A DNA stretch of 64,000 nucleotides from a virus: positions 1-64,000 of the IMG/VR virus record IMGVR_UViG_3300037851_000259. The stretch is one strand, 5' to 3'. Positions 26,306-34,944 of the stretch are shown piece by piece. How positions within the stretch are numbered: position 1 is the first letter of the stretch; every line of letters starts with the position of its first letter. The notes beneath the pieces were generated by a model. That model ran no database searches, had not been told where the DNA came from, and saw nothing but the letters and a program-made list of their open reading frames with translations. A program made the translations under genes and the position numbers.

Positions 26306-28372
26306 ATGAAACATCACATACAGAACATGCAATCGCTTATGAAAGCGAAAGACACTAAGACCAAAGAAATCAAGACAGCCGGATATCAAACTCCTCCAGT
26401 TATGCGTACTAAGGAACGAGTTGCGGGTCCTGGAAGCAAGGCCGTTGTAGAAGGTAAACAGAAAGTTGCAGAAGATAAAGGGGCTTACTCTGAACAAAAA
26501 TTCGACCCAAATCCTACACTCTTTGGCAAGAGGGCAGGTAACTATCACGATTTCCTCAAAACACAAGCGTCCAATCTGAATGAATCTGCTGATAGAGCGA
26601 GGACACTTAGAGAAGGCACAGTGGATAAATATGGTGAACCTTTCAAATCAGCGCCCTTTAGCACCAAAGAAGCTCATTCCCGCATTTTAGATGATGCTCT
26701 TGACTTTGCATTTCGTGGCGAGGAAGACCCAGAATGGGACCAGGCCGCAGAACTTGATAAACAGAGAAAGAAGAAGTTTGGGTTTAATGACCACGCGCAT
26801 AAGCTCCAACTGGCTAAGAAACGTGGCGATGGTGAAACCCATGCATATTTGATATCAAGTGCAGCAGAAAACAAGAAAGAAAAAGCCCAACAAGGCAAAG
26901 AATTTGGTGTCAAAGAAGTCGGTCCAGTCAGCAGGTACAAAAGAGACCTTCCTCCTATTGAACAAGGTATTGTTACTCCTGTTCGAACGCCTGAATCTCC
27001 TAAAGGCCAACACCATGCATTAGCTGATGCTCTAGGAATGGCTTTCTCTAATGCTGGCAGTGGTAAATATTCTGAAGGTCATATCAATGCAATCAAAGCC
27101 ATAGGTGACCATTTAGATGAAGTCGGCGATCTTAAAGGTCGGGTTCCAAACTTTAGCAAAGAAACCATTGATTTTGTAAAGAATAAATATCCAAACTTCT
27201 CCGTAAGTTCTGCGACTTCACGCCATGAAGATGGGACTCCAATGTTTTTGTCCAATAGTGAGGCAGCGTTGCTTGGTTCTTTGGTGAAAGTCCGAGACAG
27301 AAGTCCTAAAGTAAACCAAGTCATCACTAACTTAGTGACTAAAGCTGCCGGTTCGTACATGAAGGCTGAACCTGGTATGGATGAGCCGACTAAAGCCAAA
27401 ATATTTTCCAATCCTCCTACAGCTACAAAACCGACTCCACATGCTTTGGATACATGGTCTCAGTCTTTGCTTGGAAGCACTAAAGGAGAAGGTCCGGGGC
27501 TGGTCAAAAGAGGCGTTGACGCTGCTGTTCGCACCAGTCAAGACAAGACTTTGCACGGAGTCAAACAACACATTCTTGATACCATGGTTAAAAACGGACA
27601 CGACCGACAGAATGCTGTAAAAGCTGTCAGCGTCATGGACCCTTTCATCAGAGCTGCTCTTGGAGAAACTGTAGGTAAGAGCATTGATTACCCTCTTGAG
27701 AAGTCAAACGGACAAAGAGAGGGGTCAGCTGGTATGACAGGTGGCAAATTTGACAAGCGTCAATATGAAGGGTCTTCTAGTGCTGAAATAGTTGGCAGTG
27801 GAGACACTGCAAGAAATTCAAGACCATCTTCACAAAAGAAAGAACCGACATACATTGCTCAACCCCCTGCTCCTGGAATAGTGGCTGGTCCCGTCCCTAA
27901 AGACCGTCAGCCCATCGTTCCTAATGCTCCAAGACCTTCAGATCAAAACCTGGCTACTGCCAAAGAAGATTTTGAAAGGCAAAAAGCTCTAAAACAAGCC
28001 GATACCTCAGCGGTCCAAACTCTTGACAAACTTCGCCAAGCTTATTTGAAGAAGTTCCAAGACCAGAGAACTTCTGTCCCAGTAACCGTGAAACGGCCTG
28101 ATACGGGAACTTCTTCTGTCGATTTCACAACTGGAGTAGCAAGCCGTTCAACTGGTAGCGGCGAAGGCATTTTGCATGATGTCCAAGCTGGTATGAGCGA
28201 AGACGACCTTCTTCGACAGATATTTGAACCTCATTCCAAAAAGCCTGAATCGCTTCCTGAAGGTCATAAGTTTGGTGTTGCTGATATCCCCCCTGGTCCT
28301 CCTGCACCTAAGCCAGATTCTTCCAAATATCTTGATAAAGTCAGACAGCTTAAGCTAAGAGCTAAGAGCTAA
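26306..28372 (+). CDS. Large basic, low-complexity protein (possible internal virion or scaffold-related protein)
   Basis: 688-aa Lys/Pro/Ser/Gly-rich ORF directly after the protease gene. Ends in a TAA embedded in a 3x7-nt repeat (see findings). Confidence 0.6.
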   Translation: MKHHIQNMQSLMKAKDTKTKEIKTAGYQTPPVMRTKERVAGPGSKAVVEGKQKVAEDKGAYSEQKFDPNPTLFGKRAGNYHDFLKTQASNLNESADRARTLREGTVDKYGEPFKSAPFSTKEAHSRILDDALDFAFRGEEDPEWDQAAELDKQRKKKFGFNDHAHKLQLAKKRGDGETHAYLISSAAENKKEKAQQGKEFGVKEVGPVSRYKRDLPPIEQGIVTPVRTPESPKGQHHALADALGMAFSNAGSGKYSEGHINAIKAIGDHLDEVGDLKGRVPNFSKETIDFVKNKYPNFSVSSATSRHEDGTPMFLSNSEAALLGSLVKVRDRSPKVNQVITNLVTKAAGSYMKAEPGMDEPTKAKIFSNPPTATKPTPHALDTWSQSLLGSTKGEGPGLVKRGVDAAVRTSQDKTLHGVKQHILDTMVKNGHDRQNAVKAVSVMDPFIRAALGETVGKSIDYPLEKSNGQREGSAGMTGGKFDKRQYEGSSSAEIVGSGDTARNSRPSSQKKEPTYIAQPPAPGIVAGPVPKDRQPIVPNAPRPSDQNLATAKEDFERQKALKQADTSAVQTLDKLRQAYLKKFQDQRTSVPVTVKRPDTGTSSVDFTTGVASRSTGSGEGILHDVQAGMSEDDLLRQIFEPHSKKPESLPEGHKFGVADIPPGPPAPKPDSSKYLDKVRQLKLRAKS

Positions 28373-28590
28373 GCCAGTTGATAAGTCAGCAGACCTTCCT
28401 GAAGACCTTGAGAAAGGCAGGAAGCTTAAGTCTGTGCTTCGCCCCATCAAGAAGTCTCCTAAGGCCCACGTAGAAGCTATGGCCGAAATCCATAGAAAGC
28501 CTGAGGCTCCTACGCAAAAGGACATCTTCAAAGCCAATGCTAAAGATGTCCTAGCTAGATACGAAAGAGCAAAGCAGGGATTGCCACAGC

Positions 28591-31434
28591 TTAAGCCGTA
28601 ATCCTCACCTTCCGCCTCTTAGGGACTTCTTCCTTAGGAGGCTTCCTAACAAAGCCAAGCGACTCTATGGAATCTGCGTGGACTAATCTGTAGGCGTCTA
28701 TCATAAGAGCTTGCCCACAACCCTTGATAGTAACCAAAGGTGCTCTCAGTCCGTTGTCTTCAATCTTCCAATCTGAGTAATGAGACTTAAGTATGTCGGG
28801 CTGTTTAATCCTGTTACCCAATGCAGAAGCATAGGCTTTGACCTTGTCTTCGTTTTCTGATTCCACTGACAGTTCAGCGCACCAGAACTCAAGAGGATAT
28901 TTGTGCTTAAGAAAAGCGGTAGCGTAAGAAACCACCGCATAAGACACGGCGTGGCTAAAATTGAAGGAATACCGAGCACTTGCCTGAAGCACATGGAAGA
29001 AATCCAGTGCCTGGGACTCTTTCCATCCTCTTTCTACCAGCTTGTTCACAAGTATCCGACCGTGTTCCGCCAGCGTTTGAGCATCTTTCTTGGAAATACC
29101 ACGGCGTACAACCTCCGCTGTTTCATAGGTATACCCAGCCAAATCTCTGTACGAACGTAGCATCTGTTCTTGAAGCAGAGGAGCCCCTGCTGTGTTGCCG
29201 AATATAGGTTCAAGTTCTGGATGGATGTAGTGAGGCTTCTGTTTGCCCTGTTTCACAGCTACATAGTAGTCGAGCATGTTCTTGTATCCTTCAACAGGAG
29301 AAGGAGCGTCGATTACGGCCGGTCTATATGCTGCAACCAGATTAGCAATGTCTCCAATGGATTCGGGTTTCGTGTCTTCGCATAGCTTGGTGATGCCCTG
29401 AGTTTGTGTCTGAAACGTGCCTTCGGTATCTCCCTTCCAGTAAACAGTCTTGTATACGTCCAGGTCATGAGGCAATTCTCCCCATTCAAAACTCACCCCA
29501 TGTCTCTGTTCAATTAGTTCAAAGGCTTTTTGTATGGTGTGCATTTTTGTTACACCTAAGATATCCACCTTAAGACCGCCGACATATTCCACGTCTTTCG
29601 GGTTGTAACCAGTGCAGAGGGTTCCTGCCTTTCCGCCTACTCTAAAAACAGGGAGAAAGTGATGTACAGGAATAGAAGAAATTAGCATTCCACAAGGGTG
29701 TGCCGATTTTTGTCTAATAACTCCACACATACGAACTACCATGCTCCAGATTTCTGGATTGTCGTCTGCATATTTTTGGAGTTCTTTGTTCTTTTCGATA
29801 GCTCCTTCTACGTGCTCCCCATCTTCATCTGAATATCCGAACAGCCAGTCTGTTTCATTAACGCCTTGAGGAACCGTGTCCATAGTCTTTAGCAAGACTT
29901 CAGTCTGTACTCTGGCCTTACCAAAGAAGTGTCTTTCCGCATCTCTAATGGCAGAACGAGGCTTTAATAAGGTGTCGATTGATATAGGAATGCATCTGTC
30001 CTGAAACATGTCGTTAATGATGGGGGTGATCATGTCTCTGTCTGGGAAATCTAGGTCCATGTCTGGCGGGTTCATGGATTTAATTCTGCCAAGAGTCAAG
30101 AACCGTTCAAATTGAAGTCCGTATTTGATAGGGTCTGCCGTTGATACTCCTAGGCCATAGGCGCAGAAGCATCCAGACCCAGATCCTCTAAGGTTCATGA
30201 GTATCTTGTGTTTCCTGGCTTCAGTGGCTATGTCTGACACCAACAGCAAATAGCCCATTCCGTCCAACTTATCTGAAGAGCCAAGCACACTTAGTTCGTA
30301 GTCGATGCGTTCTTTCAGCTCTTTGTTTTCAAGGTCCACACGACCAAACTCTTTTATGCGCCTAATCACTTCTTCTTTGGCGTCACCACCCTTAAACCCA
30401 GGTACAAGAAAACCACGTTCTTTGGCTGTAAGGAACTCGTACTTGTCGAAATGGGTGACAAACTCATGGGTGTTGTCAATAAGCTCAAGGATGTCCTTTT
30501 CACCCAATCCCTGTGTGTGCTGGGCAAGCTCTGCATACTCTGCTGCCCCTTTAACGTGTTGGTAATAGGGCATGATCCAATCAGAACCGAACCGCTTATT
30601 GTCCTGGATGATTTTGTCTGACACTTCAGCATAGTGAGCGTCTTGGGCTGCTATGCGCTTAACTCCCCTTGGTTTAGTGACCTCCTCCCAACGCACTCTA
30701 TTTGACTCACGGATGACGTCAGGGTGGGTAAACCATGCCAAGGTATCATTAACTACCAAACGGGGCTCTAGCAGCGTTTCTGACTGCGCTTCGTACTCAT
30801 AGGTTAAATCGTCTACTATCCACTCATCATAGATGTTCTCAACGCCTATGGTGTCAATCATCAGCTGCAATCTCTCTTGAGCTTCTGCAACGTCTCCTCG
30901 TTTGATGATTGGAGCATTAAGCCATCCACCAATACAGGCAGTTCCAACGACTATTCCGTGCTTGGCTACTTCCAGGAAGTCTTCCCAATACATACAGCCC
31001 TTAACGTCACCGAAGGCTGTCTTCATTCTTGGTTCTGAGTAAATCAGTGGGGTGAGCTTGCAGTAGGCTTCAAATGCTTCTCTGGTCTTGAAGTATATGG
31101 TGATGTGGTAAGTGGCATCCGCCTTGTGTTTGTCATTAGGCCAGTACAGGTAGGCTTCTACACCGTGTATGACCTTTAGACCTGCTTTTAGCCCTATCCT
31201 GTGGGCTGCTGCTGCACTATTAAGTGTACCGTGCTCACTGAAGGTTACATGGGTCATGCCCAGAGCCTTCATACGCTTTACCATTCTGTCTACTGAAGAG
31301 GCTCCATCAAGAGAACCAGCATCAGAGTGCATATGGAAACAACAGGCTAAGGTTTTCCCTTTGTATTCATTGGGATAGTCTTCTTTTGGAATGTATAGGT
31401 CTTTTTCTTTGAGTAATGTGTTCAATGTTTTCAT
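28591..31434 (-). CDS. dnaE: DNA polymerase III alpha subunit (DnaE-type, PHP domain)
   Basis: PHP motifs CCFHMHSDAGSLDG and THVTFSEHGTL. Also LRGSGSGCFCAYGLGVSTADPIKYGLQFERFL, PDMDLDFPDRD and KSAHPCGMLIS. Confidence 0.9.
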   Translation of the reverse strand: MKTLNTLLKEKDLYIPKEDYPNEYKGKTLACCFHMHSDAGSLDGASSVDRMVKRMKALGMTHVTFSEHGTLNSAAAAHRIGLKAGLKVIHGVEAYLYWPNDKHKADATYHITIYFKTREAFEAYCKLTPLIYSEPRMKTAFGDVKGCMYWEDFLEVAKHGIVVGTACIGGWLNAPIIKRGDVAEAQERLQLMIDTIGVENIYDEWIVDDLTYEYEAQSETLLEPRLVVNDTLAWFTHPDVIRESNRVRWEEVTKPRGVKRIAAQDAHYAEVSDKIIQDNKRFGSDWIMPYYQHVKGAAEYAELAQHTQGLGEKDILELIDNTHEFVTHFDKYEFLTAKERGFLVPGFKGGDAKEEVIRRIKEFGRVDLENKELKERIDYELSVLGSSDKLDGMGYLLLVSDIATEARKHKILMNLRGSGSGCFCAYGLGVSTADPIKYGLQFERFLTLGRIKSMNPPDMDLDFPDRDMITPIINDMFQDRCIPISIDTLLKPRSAIRDAERHFFGKARVQTEVLLKTMDTVPQGVNETDWLFGYSDEDGEHVEGAIEKNKELQKYADDNPEIWSMVVRMCGVIRQKSAHPCGMLISSIPVHHFLPVFRVGGKAGTLCTGYNPKDVEYVGGLKVDILGVTKMHTIQKAFELIEQRHGVSFEWGELPHDLDVYKTVYWKGDTEGTFQTQTQGITKLCEDTKPESIGDIANLVAAYRPAVIDAPSPVEGYKNMLDYYVAVKQGKQKPHYIHPELEPIFGNTAGAPLLQEQMLRSYRDLAGYTYETAEVVRRGISKKDAQTLAEHGRILVNKLVERGWKESQALDFFHVLQASARYSFNFSHAVSYAVVSYATAFLKHKYPLEFWCAELSVESENEDKVKAYASALGNRIKQPDILKSHYSDWKIEDNGLRAPLVTIKGCGQALMIDAYRLVHADSIESLGFVRKPPKEEVPKRRKVRITA

Positions 31435-31488
31435 GAACTTAACCTCATTGTTATTAGGGGTTAAGCTAACGTACCATTGTATTAGTGC

Positions 31489-31713
31489 TTAGACAAATAC
31501 GAACTTCATGTGTGGTAGGTTGAGTGTGCAGTACATTACATCGTCTAATGGTTTGGAGTAATACAGTACAGGTCTTATCGAATGAGTGTTTCTGCTAAAG
31601 ACCAATGCATCAAGGGTCTCTTCACTGTCTGCTTCAGCTGCTTCTGTCAACTCTTCCAGATACACTCTTGAGATAGCTTTAGGGTCTTTGTATCCTCTTG
31701 GCTTCATCCACAT
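31489..31713 (-). CDS. Hypothetical protein
   Basis: 74-aa ORF upstream of dnaE on the same strand. Confidence 0.4.
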   Translation of the reverse strand: MWMKPRGYKDPKAISRVYLEELTEAAEADSEETLDALVFSRNTHSIRPVLYYSKPLDDVMYCTLNLPHMKFVFV

Positions 31714-31811
31714 GGTAGCTTCTCCTTCTTTAGGTCTATAGGGCTTTTACTCTATAAGGAAGTTACTGTACAGTGGGTCTGTACCACTATAAGAAACACG
31801 TGGGGGGAGAG

Positions 31812-32087
31812 ATGAACTATTGGGCAGTAACCAGATTAGACCACATTACAAGAATATGGAAAAGCAATGACCCATTCCCAAAAGACCTTTGGACATTCAA
31901 TGTTTATTCAAACAAGATGACCAAAGAATACAAACTGCCTTGTCTTGAAGGTAAGGAATGGAAAAGGAAGTCTCCTACGATGAGTGATTGCCTATTGTAT
32001 GAAGGAGACTTTCCTGGAGTGTGTAAGTATCTGAAAGACAATGGACTAATCCTATATCTTGAAACTCTCATAAACTCACTGTGTTAG
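31812..32087 (+). CDS. Hypothetical protein
   Basis: The ATG at 31812 is preceded by GGGGAGAG. The track GTG start at 31773 lacks an SD. Confidence 0.4.
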   Translation: MNYWAVTRLDHITRIWKSNDPFPKDLWTFNVYSNKMTKEYKLPCLEGKEWKRKSPTMSDCLLYEGDFPGVCKYLKDNGLILYLETLINSLC

Positions 32088-32098
32088 TTAAATACCTG

Positions 32099-32127
32099 TT
32101 GACAAAAGCCAAAAGACTTGTTACAAT
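32099..32127 (+). promoter_or_regulatory. Sigma-70 consensus-like promoter TTGACA-N17-TACAAT
   Basis: TTGACA at 32099-32104, a 17-nt spacer and TACAAT at 32122-32127. This lies about 28 nt upstream of the GTG at 32155, which has GGAGAG as SD. Confidence 0.65.
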
Positions 32128-32154
32128 GGGTTTGTTTAGCTATGGAGAGAAATA

Positions 32155-34803
32155 GTGAACGCCTTATACAAATTCCAAGTCAAGAAACCCTCTACCACCA
32201 GAAAAGGCTACTTCCCCTACAGTAAGCCTGGGGTGGAGCTTGAGTGGATGAAGGGGTTGGATAAGGCTGAGAAGACTAAGCAATGGCTTTTCTTCTACAA
32301 TGTTGCTGTGTTGTGGGGGAAGGGTAAGAGCAGCTGGTACCAGAGAGTAGATGAAACAAGTCCTATTAAGGACACGGTGTTTGTTCTTGACTTTGATAAA
32401 TCCCATTGTAAAGAAGGACTTGTAACTGAGGCTTTTGAGAGGTTCAGGAAGAGCCTTAGTGGGAAAGCTTTGCTGGTTAAGAGCTTTAGTGGGTTTCATG
32501 TGGTGTATGTCCTTGAAGGGGACCACCGCAAGGAATATTGGGATATACAGATATCTGTCGTGCTGAAGTATTTCCCTGAGATGTTAGATGAGCTTGATGT
32601 GGGGGTGTGTGGGAACCATAGGAATGGGTTCTTTCATAGTCAGCATGTTGAGAAGTGGGCTAGGGAAGGTGTTGTTGACGTTGGGGCTGTAGGGACTTGC
32701 TGGTTCTCCTTTAAGGCAAAGCTGTCTGAGTTGGACGTTTCGTTTGGGTGTAAGGATGCTTTTGGGCTATGGAAGGCTTGGAGGAAATATGGAGAAGACA
32801 AGCGAGGCGGACGAAAGATTTCAGATGCAGCCGCCAGAAGATTTCGTGGAATATTGGCTGTTTCCGACTACAGGAACAACAAAGCTCTATACGCAAGTGG
32901 CTGCGAAGGAGCGGAAGAATCAGAACGTAAAGCCTACTGGAACTGTATCGAGAGCCATGTTCACGATGAAGCTGTCAAAAATGAAGGAATACCAAGCGTT
33001 TCTGGCAAGCTGGCCCTGCGAACTGTCAGACCTGGAGCAGTGGCGAGTGAAGGATATGTTGGAAGAGGTGGAGAGGATATTAACAGAAGCCTCTTACAGA
33101 GAAATAGCCAGAAGGTCCATGGACACATCCGCCGCAATAGTGGCTGGAATGAAGGAAATCAGGAAGCGGGACTATATGGACATAGCGGCTCAGACCGTTT
33201 TCTGGAATTTGTACAAGCTGTCAAGCTTCTGTGTAACCAGAGAGCAGTCGACCTTGAGGTCCTGGGCTACTTCCTTTCAGAGGATTGCTTACGAAGCCAC
33301 CGCTACTGGAGCATCAAATCAGAAGAATCGGATTTCCAGGTTTTCTTTGGAATCGTGCGACAGGTTCTGGAAGGAAATCATGGGCTCGGAAGAAATCTTA
33401 GAGCTGAATGGTCAAGCGTTAGCGAATGGCTTAGATGTGCGGAAGTGTGTTTGGGAGCTGACCCAGCTCCTGACAACGAACATGGATATGTCGCAAAACT
33501 CGCCAATAAGGGCTTCGGACTATACCTTGCTACACACGGCTTATGGGTCTCAAGGGTAAGAAAAGTCAGTCTCTCTACTGACAAATACACCTTTGATGTA
33601 TCGAAGTTTGTTCAGGATGTCATGTCCAACACAAACGTAGATGATTTGATTTGTTCTTCTAGGGCAAAGGTTTTCCTTAAGAGCAAATTCAAGAACGGTG
33701 TTGCGTGGCTTGAAGAAGGAGCCAGGAAACTCTTGGCCTACTTCGCTAAGTTCTGGGGCCTAATTCTGAATGGTAAGCCCATTGGTCTTGGCGTAGGTAA
33801 TGTCTCTGAGTTCTTTCAGTGCAAGAACATTTCGGAATGTTCTGCAATAAGGAAGATATTTCTGTCACTCCTGTCTTCTAAGAAGACAGCATATGTTCCA
33901 AAAGTTAAGCAAACTCAATACTTTATGGAAGTTGAAGCCCTCAAGAAATACTTCGTTTCTGTTGATGGGGAAGAGAGAAAGGGGAACATTCACGTTCCCG
34001 GCACCGTTGAAGAACTAGCTTCTAAACTCGGAAAGGGCAATACGTTCGAGACATTTCGTCGGTATGCCAAGCCTATGTATCGTGTGCATGGATACGAGAG
34101 GAGCCTTGAGATGTGGCATCAGGCTATTGACTTATCCACTGCTAACGATAAACATTACAGGCACGGAGACATTGATAGGTTCGTAGAGAAAATTGCGAGG
34201 CAAGAATATGAAGCCAATAAAGAAGACCCAATGTTCCATTACCGAATTGGAGTTGCTAAGGACGAAGGACAACCAGATCAGTGTGGATGTGGTGCCCAGC
34301 ATAGCGAACTGCGTTTGCTTCCCTCAGTGCGACTTTTCGATAGTAGAGATGCCGACGGAACCAGAGGAATGCCTGCCTCTGTTTCAGACTCTGTACGACA
34401 GTCAGAAGCAGAACCACATTTGTGTGGTGACAGTGAGACAGCCGAGGAAGACTCGGCTGTCTACATTGAAGAACCTGACTATAGTGGAGGAAGCTGGATT
34501 CAAATTCCACGACACAGTGACTATCGTGTCCCAAGACGCTTACAAGTGCGTTCCGTCAAATCTGACCCCTCTGGGGGAAGTGGTGTTTCTGTTCACGAAA
34601 GGGAACGACCTGAACAAAGAAGCCTCTTCATGGTTCCACGAAGAAAAAGGCGACTGTACAAACGTGTGGGACGTTATGCCTCAAGAAAGAGAAGTCACGT
34701 TCAAGGACATGACCGTGAGTCGTCACTTCTGTTTGGAGGTTGGGGCCATTCTGGGGTCACTGGCCAGCCCGCTCCTGTGCCGGAGGTTTCTGATTGTGGG
34801 TAA
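32155..34803 (+). CDS. AEP-type primase-polymerase-like protein (N-terminal about 200 aa); coding status of the rest of the 882-codon ORF is uncertain
   Basis: DxD motif VFVLDFDKSH and sGxGxH motif VKSFSGFHVVYVL. In 32789-33559 and 34208-34803 the translation becomes Gly/Arg/Ser-rich while another frame looks more protein-like (see findings). Confidence 0.5.
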   Translation: MNALYKFQVKKPSTTRKGYFPYSKPGVELEWMKGLDKAEKTKQWLFFYNVAVLWGKGKSSWYQRVDETSPIKDTVFVLDFDKSHCKEGLVTEAFERFRKSLSGKALLVKSFSGFHVVYVLEGDHRKEYWDIQISVVLKYFPEMLDELDVGVCGNHRNGFFHSQHVEKWAREGVVDVGAVGTCWFSFKAKLSELDVSFGCKDAFGLWKAWRKYGEDKRGGRKISDAAARRFRGILAVSDYRNNKALYASGCEGAEESERKAYWNCIESHVHDEAVKNEGIPSVSGKLALRTVRPGAVASEGYVGRGGEDINRSLLQRNSQKVHGHIRRNSGWNEGNQEAGLYGHSGSDRFLEFVQAVKLLCNQRAVDLEVLGYFLSEDCLRSHRYWSIKSEESDFQVFFGIVRQVLEGNHGLGRNLRAEWSSVSEWLRCAEVCLGADPAPDNEHGYVAKLANKGFGLYLATHGLWVSRVRKVSLSTDKYTFDVSKFVQDVMSNTNVDDLICSSRAKVFLKSKFKNGVAWLEEGARKLLAYFAKFWGLILNGKPIGLGVGNVSEFFQCKNISECSAIRKIFLSLLSSKKTAYVPKVKQTQYFMEVEALKKYFVSVDGEERKGNIHVPGTVEELASKLGKGNTFETFRRYAKPMYRVHGYERSLEMWHQAIDLSTANDKHYRHGDIDRFVEKIARQEYEANKEDPMFHYRIGVAKDEGQPDQCGCGAQHSELRLLPSVRLFDSRDADGTRGMPASVSDSVRQSEAEPHLCGDSETAEEDSAVYIEEPDYSGGSWIQIPRHSDYRVPRRLQVRSVKSDPSGGSGVSVHERERPEQRSLFMVPRRKRRLYKRVGRYASRKRSHVQGHDRESSLLFGGWGHSGVTGQPAPVPEVSDCG
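32789..33559 (+). CDS. Nested +1-frame ORF (256 aa) inside the 882-codon ORF, hypothetical
   Basis: ATG at 32789 preceded by GGAGG (32780-32784). The translation is helical and ordinary (SDLEQWRVKDMLEEVERILTEASYREIARRSMD), and codons show a G-at-position-1 bias. Confidence 0.35.
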   Translation: MEKTSEADERFQMQPPEDFVEYWLFPTTGTTKLYTQVAAKERKNQNVKPTGTVSRAMFTMKLSKMKEYQAFLASWPCELSDLEQWRVKDMLEEVERILTEASYREIARRSMDTSAAIVAGMKEIRKRDYMDIAAQTVFWNLYKLSSFCVTREQSTLRSWATSFQRIAYEATATGASNQKNRISRFSLESCDRFWKEIMGSEEILELNGQALANGLDVRKCVWELTQLLTTNMDMSQNSPIRASDYTLLHTAYGSQG

Positions 34804-34924
34804 CTTGGAGAACGGCCATGCTGAGTTTTCTAAGAAGTTTGGCATGTCTGTGTGTGCATTTACAGAAGACGAACTCTCTGCTAAGAGAGTAATCAGATAT
34901 TACAACTCCCTTTGTGAAAACTAA
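34208..34924 (+). CDS. DNA methyltransferase-like protein with degenerate catalytic and AdoMet motifs
   Basis: It has the layout of N6/N4 MTases (PF01555-like):
- CDFSIVEMPTE sits where VDLIITDPPY is expected.
- EEAGFKFHDTVTIVSQD (GF..d.iiW.K) and TNVWDVMPQERE are present.
- RRFLIVGNLEN sits where gR.fiGiE is expected.
- There is no clear DPF.GSGTT motif.
The RBS is GAGG plus 7 nt. Confidence 0.5.
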   Translation: MKPIKKTQCSITELELLRTKDNQISVDVVPSIANCVCFPQCDFSIVEMPTEPEECLPLFQTLYDSQKQNHICVVTVRQPRKTRLSTLKNLTIVEEAGFKFHDTVTIVSQDAYKCVPSNLTPLGEVVFLFTKGNDLNKEASSWFHEEKGDCTNVWDVMPQEREVTFKDMTVSRHFCLEVGAILGSLASPLLCRRFLIVGNLENGHAEFSKKFGMSVCAFTEDELSAKRVIRYYNSLCEN

Positions 34925-34944
34925 TAACTCTTTAGGAGATTGAC

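Noticed and set aside
28355-28537. 60-aa minus-strand ORF in the gap after 26306..28372
   Set aside because: The + strand +1 frame in this interval has much better coding periodicity (see the heptanucleotide-repeat finding). The minus ORF has no SD.
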